Shown here in pieces: positions 57,865 through 64,000 of a stretch of 64,000 bases of DNA (the stretch's first letter is position 1; each line of letters opens with the position of its first letter). The DNA is from Candidatus Latescibacterota bacterium (lineage in GTDB: Bacteria > Latescibacterota > UBA2968 > GCA-2709665): contig OZ244744.1 in the NCBI GenBank assembly GCA_965219455.1, positions 2,368,001 through 2,432,000 of the forward strand. Reading direction: 5' to 3'. The notes under the pieces were generated by a model. That model was given only the letters and a program-made list of their open reading frames with translations. It was not told where the DNA came from and did not search any database. Both the position numbers and the translations under genes were made by a program.

Positions 57865-58965
57865 ATGAGAATCCTCCACACCCTCTACGACGACGTGGAC
57901 AATCCCTGGTGCGGAGGAGGGGGCGCGGTCCGCGCCATGGAAATCAACCGCCGCCTCGCCCGGAAACACGACATCACCCTGTTGACGGGCAACTTTCCCG
58001 GCGCCGGCCCGGAAGAAAGTCGTTACGGCATCCGCATCCGACGGGTGGGGACGAGTCGAAGCTATGCACTCAGCCGTGTGAGCTTCACGGCGCAGGCGTC
58101 CCGGGCGCTGGCGGGATGGCCGTTCGACCTCTGGGTGTACGACTTTTCCGCCTTCTCGCCCGTCTACGCCCTTCCATCCCGGCAGGCGCGGTCGGTGATG
58201 GTCTTCCACCATTCCATTGCCGCGCACGCCACACGAAAATATCCAGGGATCGGCCTGCTGGCCGCCGCCGCTGAATGCCTCCACACCAGGCTCCACCGCC
58301 GCATCATCGCCGTTTCCCCGAGTACGGCCCTGCATCTCGAGAGGCGCACGCGTCCGAACACACCCGTCCACACGATATGCAACGGCGTGAATCATCCGGA
58401 GGTCGCGGAACCCCGGGAAGGGGATTATATTCTCTTCTTCGGTCGCCTGGATACCTATAACAAGGGCATCGACGTCCTGCTCACGGCATTCGCCAGGCTG
58501 AGACCGGCGCATCCGGACGTCCGCCTGGTCGTGGCGGGGCGGGGCGCCGAGACGCGCCTGAGAGAACTGAAAGCCATCGCCCGGACACTGGGGATTTCGG
58601 ATCGCGTGGAACTCACCGGGCCCGTCCCGGAAACGGAAAAATGGGACCTGTACGCCGGCGCGTTGTTTACCTGCCAGCCTTCCCGATACGAAGGGTGGGG
58701 CATCGCCGCCATCGAATCCGGCGCCGCCGGAAAAGCGGTGATCGGCACGGAGATCCCCGGTCTTGTCGACGCGATCCAACGCGACCGGACCGGCCTGCTG
58801 GTGCCCCCGGAGAACACGGAAGCCCTCGCGGGCGCCATGAAACACCTCCTCGAAAACCCCCGGCGCCGCGCCGACCTCGGCCGTAACGGGCGAGAATGGG
58901 CCGCCAACTTTTCCTGGGACCGAATTGCCCGCGAACAGGAGCGGGTATACGTCGGTTCCCTCTAA
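57865..58965 (+). CDS. GT4 glycosyltransferase
   Basis: FGRL...KG, PSRYEGWGIAAIE, FSWD. Confidence 0.92.
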   Translation: MRILHTLYDDVDNPWCGGGGAVRAMEINRRLARKHDITLLTGNFPGAGPEESRYGIRIRRVGTSRSYALSRVSFTAQASRALAGWPFDLWVYDFSAFSPVYALPSRQARSVMVFHHSIAAHATRKYPGIGLLAAAAECLHTRLHRRIIAVSPSTALHLERRTRPNTPVHTICNGVNHPEVAEPREGDYILFFGRLDTYNKGIDVLLTAFARLRPAHPDVRLVVAGRGAETRLRELKAIARTLGISDRVELTGPVPETEKWDLYAGALFTCQPSRYEGWGIAAIESGAAGKAVIGTEIPGLVDAIQRDRTGLLVPPENTEALAGAMKHLLENPRRRADLGRNGREWAANFSWDRIAREQERVYVGSL

Positions 58966-59069
58966 GGACAATGAGAAGGGCAGACAGGAATGTCTTGCTG
59001 CCTGCGCAGCGTACTGCGCTGCAGGCAGGCCCCACCTTAACACACGCCTGAAAACGAAGTCGACCGCAC

Positions 59070-60266
59070 ATGACCACCGCATACTCCAGTGACGTCTGCA
59101 TCGTCGGCGGGGCCGGGCGCGTGGGCCTGCCCCTGGCGCTGACCTTTGCCGGCAAGGGTTTTCGCGTTGTCGTCTGCGACATCAACGAAGCGTCCCTCGA
59201 AATGATCCGCGGCGGGCGGATGCCGTTCGCCGAACAGGGCGCCGAGGGTCTGCTCCATCGGGCGATCGAGGAACGCCGGCTGAGTGTTTCGTCCGATCCA
59301 TCGTCCGTGGCCGACGCCGCCGCCGTGATCGTGACCATAGGCACGCCCGCGGACGAACTGACAAAACCGATTCTCTCTACTTTCAAGAGGCTCGCGGACG
59401 ACGTGCTGCCGCATCTGTCCGACGATCAGCTTGTCGTACTTCGGTCCACGGTCTCCCCGGGTACCACGGACTGGCTGTACGACTACCTGCGGGCGAACGG
59501 CAGAAACCCCAAGGTCTCTTTTTGCCCCGAACGCATCGTCCAGGGCCAGGCCATCGAAGAAATTCAGCTGCTCACCCAGATCGTCAGCGGCACCACGCCG
59601 GAAGCGGAACAGGAGGCCGCCGCCCTCTTCAGGCAGATCTCACCACGGATCGTTCGCCTGACGCCCATCGAAGCCGAATTCTCGAAACTGTTCAGCAACG
59701 CGTACCGGTATATACAATTTGCAACTGCAAACCAGTTCTATATGATCGCGAACGCCGCGGGCGTGGACTACAGCCGGGTGCTCGAAGGCATGAAGAAAGA
59801 CTATCCCCGCGCGCGGGACATCCCCTCCGCCGGATTCGCGGCGGGGCCCTGTCTGTTGAAGGACACCATGCAACTGGCCGCCTTCGCCAGCGACGGGTTC
59901 ACCCTGGGACAGGCGGCCTTGAACGTCAACCAGGGCCTGGTGAACTACCTGGTGGAGGAGATGCGGAACCGGTACGGCGACCTGCGCCGTCTCCGCGTCG
60001 GCCTGCTTGGCATGGCTTTCAAGGCGGACAGCGACGACACCCGGTTTTCGCTGAGCTACAAACTGAAGGACATCCTGGCCTTCCGGGCAAGGGAGGTATT
60101 GACCACGGACCCGTACGTGACCACGGATCCCAACCTGGCGCCGATCGAGGAGGTAATGGAAAGAAGCGACCTGCTGGTCCTGTGCGTGCCGCATACCGCG
60201 TACCGGCGGCTGGACCTCAAGAACAAATCGGTCCTGGATATCTGGGGGTTTCTGAACCGTGAGTAA
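59070..60266 (+). CDS. Nucleotide-sugar dehydrogenase (UDP-glucose/GDP-mannose dehydrogenase family)
   Basis: GGAGRVGLP, LRSTV.PG, CPER, AEFSKL..N, GPCL.KD, AFKA.SDD.R.S. Confidence 0.92.
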   Translation: MTTAYSSDVCIVGGAGRVGLPLALTFAGKGFRVVVCDINEASLEMIRGGRMPFAEQGAEGLLHRAIEERRLSVSSDPSSVADAAAVIVTIGTPADELTKPILSTFKRLADDVLPHLSDDQLVVLRSTVSPGTTDWLYDYLRANGRNPKVSFCPERIVQGQAIEEIQLLTQIVSGTTPEAEQEAAALFRQISPRIVRLTPIEAEFSKLFSNAYRYIQFATANQFYMIANAAGVDYSRVLEGMKKDYPRARDIPSAGFAAGPCLLKDTMQLAAFASDGFTLGQAALNVNQGLVNYLVEEMRNRYGDLRRLRVGLLGMAFKADSDDTRFSLSYKLKDILAFRAREVLTTDPYVTTDPNLAPIEEVMERSDLLVLCVPHTAYRRLDLKNKSVLDIWGFLNRE

Positions 60267-61221
60267 GCTCTATCTGGTCACGGGCGGCGCGGGATTCATC
60301 GGTTCCTCCCTGGTACGGCGCCTGCTTCAAGACGGCCACGGCGTCAGGGTATTCGACAACCAATCCAGGGGAAGGGCCGCCCGCCTGGCGGACGTCCGGG
60401 CTCACGTCGAATTCATCGAAGCGGACGTCCGGGATGCCGATGCCGTCCGGAGAGCCGCCCGGGGCGTCGACAGCCTGTGTCACCTGGCCGCCGTCAATGG
60501 CACCGAATGGTTCTACAGCAAGCCCGAAACCGTACTCGACGTGGGTGTGAAGGGCATCGTGAACACCATCGACGCCTGCCTGAAACACGGCGTTCCCGAA
60601 TTCGTGCTGGCCTCCAGTTCCGAGGTGTACCAGACGTCGGCGGCCATCCCCACGGACGAAACCGCGCCCCTTTCCGTTCCCGACCCCCTGAACCCCCGCT
60701 TTTCCTACGGCGGCGGCAAAATCATCAGCGAACTCATGGCCCTGAACTACGGCCGGAGCCACCTGGAGCGCGTGCTGGTCTTTCGCCCGCACAACGTGTA
60801 CGGACCCGACATGGGCGGGGAGCATGTCATCCCTCAGTTCATTCTCCGGGCAGACGCGCTTGCAGCGGAACATCGCGACGACGTGATCCCGTTTCCGATA
60901 CAGGGCGACGGTACGCAGACCCGGGCTTTCGTACACATCGACGATTTCACCGACGGACTCGCTACCGTCCTGGAGAAAGGCGCGCATCTCAATATCTACC
61001 ACGTCGGTAACGACGTCGAAGTCACCGTCCGGCGTCTCGTGGAACTGATTTTCGATCACATCGGCCGGAAATTCGAAATCGTCCCGGGAACGTTGACAGC
61101 GGGCAGCCCCGGTAGAAGGTGCCCCGACATCGACAAACTCAGGGCCCTCGGCTACCGCCCCCGCGTTACACTCCGCGACGGGCTGGCCGGCACCATCGAC
61201 TGGTACCTGGCGGGCCGTTAA
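60259..61221 (+). CDS. NAD-dependent epimerase/dehydratase
   Basis: TGGAGFIGS, ASSSEVY, YGGGK, NVYGP. Confidence 0.92.
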   Translation: MSKLYLVTGGAGFIGSSLVRRLLQDGHGVRVFDNQSRGRAARLADVRAHVEFIEADVRDADAVRRAARGVDSLCHLAAVNGTEWFYSKPETVLDVGVKGIVNTIDACLKHGVPEFVLASSSEVYQTSAAIPTDETAPLSVPDPLNPRFSYGGGKIISELMALNYGRSHLERVLVFRPHNVYGPDMGGEHVIPQFILRADALAAEHRDDVIPFPIQGDGTQTRAFVHIDDFTDGLATVLEKGAHLNIYHVGNDVEVTVRRLVELIFDHIGRKFEIVPGTLTAGSPGRRCPDIDKLRALGYRPRVTLRDGLAGTIDWYLAGR

Positions 61222-61419
61222 AAAAGCCCATCCGGGCTGCCTGCCTGTGCGTTGCACGCAGACAGGCGACCGGCTCTCGTGGCCGAATTACTGCGTTGCG
61301 CTCCCTCCTCGAATCCCCCGATTCGACTCGGTCGCGCGCCTTGTCTTCGGGCACGCCGACAGAGCGACTTTATCAACGACCCGCTGACGAACCGGCGTCT
61401 CTGACCACAAGGAGCATGC

Positions 61420-62670
61420 GTGCCGCCTGCAACCTCCCGAAGCATCACCCGCTGCCAGATCAGCGGCTCCACGAATTTGCAATCCGTTCTCTTTCTGGGT
61501 TTCGTGCCCCCGGTGAACGACCTGCAACCGGTTGGCGGAAGGGCCGTCGAACGGTCGATGTACCCCCTCGAACTGCTCTATTGTCCGGATTCGCACCTGG
61601 TGCAGATCGGCTGCCAGGTGGATCCAAAAATCCTGTTTCCGCCGGAGTATCCCTACACGAGCGGCACCACGCGCATTCTCCGTGACAACTTCGCGGACTT
61701 ATTCGAGCAGTGCAGGGACCGGCAATGCGTCGACGCCTCATCTTTTGTGATCGACGTCGGCTCCAACGACGGTACGCTGCTGGCGAATTTCAAGGCCGGC
61801 GGTTGCAGGGTCCTGGGCATCGACCCCACGGACAGGGCCAGGCTTGCAAACGAACGAGGTATCCACAGCCTCCAGGCTTTTTTCTCGCGGGAATCCGCGC
61901 GGGCGGTCGCAGCGGAGTACGGCGCGGCCAGCCTCGTCACCGCAACCAACGTATTCGCGCACATGCCCGACATCGACGAGGTCGTGGCCGGCATTCTGGA
62001 CATCCTGGACGAAACCGGCGTCTTCATCTCCGAATCCCACTATCTGCCGGACCTGATTAGCACCCTGCAATACGATACCGTCTACCACGAGCACCTCAGG
62101 TACTACTCCCTTCACAGCCTGAAATTCCTCCTGGAAAAACACGGGCTGGAGATTTTCCACGTCAAACGCATCCCCACGCACGGAGGCTCCATCCGTGTCT
62201 TCGCCGCGCGGAAGGGACGATACCGGCCGGACCCGTCCGTCTCGAAACAGTTGGGAGTGGAACGACGGGCCGGCCTGCTCGACCTTGAAACCTACCGCCG
62301 CTTCGCCGCGGACGTCAGGCAGAGCAAACTCGACCTCCTGAGCCTGCTGCGAGACGTCAAAGCCCGCGGCGGCCGCATCTACGGTATCGGCGCTCCCTCC
62401 CGTGCCAGCACCCTCATCGCCTATACCGGCCTGGATCATGAAATGATCGACTGCGTCCTGGAAATCCGGGGTTCGTACAAAATCGGCAAATACATACCGG
62501 GCACCCGGATCCCGGTACTCGAAGAGTCCGAATTATTCAGAGATCAGCCCGAATACGCGCTGCTCTTCTCCTGGCATATCGCCGGGGAACTCATGCCCAA
62601 ACTCACCGGCAGGGGCTACAAGGGGAAATACATCGTGCCGCTTCCGTCCCCCGAAATTGTGGCGGGATGA
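61420..62670 (+). CDS. SAM-dependent NDP-sugar C-methyltransferase-like protein
   Basis: YPYTSG, DVGSNDG, NVFAH, YDTVYHEH..YYS, HGGS.R and W...E...K.....K.IVP.P. Confidence 0.88.
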   Translation: MPPATSRSITRCQISGSTNLQSVLFLGFVPPVNDLQPVGGRAVERSMYPLELLYCPDSHLVQIGCQVDPKILFPPEYPYTSGTTRILRDNFADLFEQCRDRQCVDASSFVIDVGSNDGTLLANFKAGGCRVLGIDPTDRARLANERGIHSLQAFFSRESARAVAAEYGAASLVTATNVFAHMPDIDEVVAGILDILDETGVFISESHYLPDLISTLQYDTVYHEHLRYYSLHSLKFLLEKHGLEIFHVKRIPTHGGSIRVFAARKGRYRPDPSVSKQLGVERRAGLLDLETYRRFAADVRQSKLDLLSLLRDVKARGGRIYGIGAPSRASTLIAYTGLDHEMIDCVLEIRGSYKIGKYIPGTRIPVLEESELFRDQPEYALLFSWHIAGELMPKLTGRGYKGKYIVPLPSPEIVAG

Positions 62671-62739
62671 TTCGCGCGCCGCACCTAAAGTGTCCCGTCC
62701 CGGAAATAGATTGCCGATCCGCGAGAGTGAAACCGGACC

Positions 62740-63489
62740 ATGCCCGACCTCGACATCGTCATCCCCGTGTACAACGAGGGCGCCAACATCCTGAACGTCC
62801 TCAACGCGCTATGTAATGCGACAAAAACGCCCTTCCGGGTGCTGATCTGTTACGACGATGAAGCCGATAACACCCTGGAAGCCCTGAAGGATTTCGAAGA
62901 CGCCCGTTGCGAAGTCGTTAAAATCAGGAACCGCGGGCGGGGCGCGCACGGGGCCGTTGTCACGGGTTTCAACGAAGGCGACGCTCCCGCGGCGATCATG
63001 TGGCCGGCCGACGACACCTTCAACGCCGGTATAATCGATGCGATGTATCGAAAATACCGGAACGGTCACCACGTCGTCTCCGCCAGCCGGTTCATCGCGG
63101 GCGGCTGCATGGTGGGCGCACCCTGGCTGAAATCTCTGCTTGTCAGAAGTTCCGCCTTCACCCTTTATTATCTCGCACGGCTTCCCGCCCGCGACGCCAG
63201 CAATGGGCTGCGCCTGTTCTCACGGCGCCTGCTTGACCGCGCAAAGATTGAATCCTCGGTCGGTTTTGCGTACGGCATCGAACTGCTGGTCAAATGCCAC
63301 CGGCTCGGCTGGAAAATCGCCGAGATTCCCGCGGTGTGGTACGAAAGGACCTCAGGCCGAAGCCGCTTCAAAGTCATCCGCTGGCTTCCGGAATATCTGC
63401 GTTGGTATTTCTACGCTTTTGCAACCACGTACCTGCGCCGGGGCGCCGAAACCGTCCGAAAAAACGAGACGCCCGGACGTCGATCTTGA
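62740..63489 (+). CDS. GT2 glycosyltransferase
   Basis: IVIPVYNEG, ADD, SASRF, R..G.S.F. Confidence 0.88.
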   Translation: MPDLDIVIPVYNEGANILNVLNALCNATKTPFRVLICYDDEADNTLEALKDFEDARCEVVKIRNRGRGAHGAVVTGFNEGDAPAAIMWPADDTFNAGIIDAMYRKYRNGHHVVSASRFIAGGCMVGAPWLKSLLVRSSAFTLYYLARLPARDASNGLRLFSRRLLDRAKIESSVGFAYGIELLVKCHRLGWKIAEIPAVWYERTSGRSRFKVIRWLPEYLRWYFYAFATTYLRRGAETVRKNETPGRRS

Positions 63490-63550
63490 ACCCCCCTTGC
63501 CCACCACGCGCCCTGCCCCGGCACGGCCGTCCAACCCGTGGAGCCGTAAC

Positions 63551-64000
63551 GTGAGCAAACGCAAGAAAAGAGTCCCGGGACGATCCGGAACGCCTCGGCC
63601 GGAACCCTCGAAAACCCTCCGGGAACGCATCGCACCTTGCCTCGACTCTCCGTGGGCCCCGGTCGTGTTCTTTCTGCTCCTGAGCGTGGTCTACTTCGCC
63701 GGATTCGTCTTCACCGACCACGTCATCCTCGGACAGGACACGGGAAGAGAATTTCACAAGGGACGGGAGCCTTTCATGGAAAAACTGGCCAACCTGTCCC
63801 CCGCCAACTGGATGCGGTATCTCGGCGGCACCCCCGTGACCGGACAACGGACAACGGATTATTTCCCGCTCGAGATCATCGCCCTGTTTACAACCCGGCA
63901 CCGCCTTCTCGGCTGGCGGTATTTCTTCGCCATGTTCATGGCCGGCTATTTTATGTACCTCTGTATCCGCGGCCTCGGTCTGAAACCTCTCACCTCCTGG
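63551..64000 (+). CDS. Membrane protein, YfhO/GT-C-like (5' part, runs off the right edge)
   Basis: Open frame from GTG after GGAG: MSKRKK...VVFFLLLSVVYFAGFVF...W.RYLGGTP...FMAGYFMYL. Confidence 0.7.
   Translation, partial: MSKRKKRVPGRSGTPRPEPSKTLRERIAPCLDSPWAPVVFFLLLSVVYFAGFVFTDHVILGQDTGREFHKGREPFMEKLANLSPANWMRYLGGTPVTGQRTTDYFPLEIIALFTTRHRLLGWRYFFAMFMAGYFMYLCIRGLGLKPLTSW

Overview
GC-rich bacterial chromosome segment. The C-terminal FlgD/T9SS-type-A-like sorting domains and dockerin-like motifs suggest a Latescibacterota/FCB-related lineage (inference only). From left to right it contains: (1) the 5' part of an ARC/Mpa-type proteasome ATPase that is absent from the ORF track; (2) an accessory patch with a 49-bp tandem repeat, a GxxExxY nuclease, a decayed surface-protein gene, a 2TM protein, an amidohydrolase, msrP and a MITE with a target-site duplication; (3) a ~18-kb locus of four large secreted surface-protein genes plus one truncated copy, with cohesin-like, dockerin/EF-hand-like and Met-rich Ig-like repeat modules and one perfect-consensus sigma70 promoter; (4) the ispE-tRNA-Gln-rplY-pth-hppA-rpsF-rpsR-rplI block, heavily interleaved with mosaic non-coding repeat islands; (5) TPR protein, NtrC-like regulator and DegP; (6) glycosylation genes, a repeat-flanked GIY-YIG gene, xerD-ogt-uvrC and hisGDCB; (7) the start of a surface-glycan cluster. 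The most promising novelty is a candidate cohesin-dockerin surface scaffold with variable stalk length and a locally diversified tip domain. The second is a set of modular palindromic repeat families, one of which sits in-frame inside a protein-coding gene.
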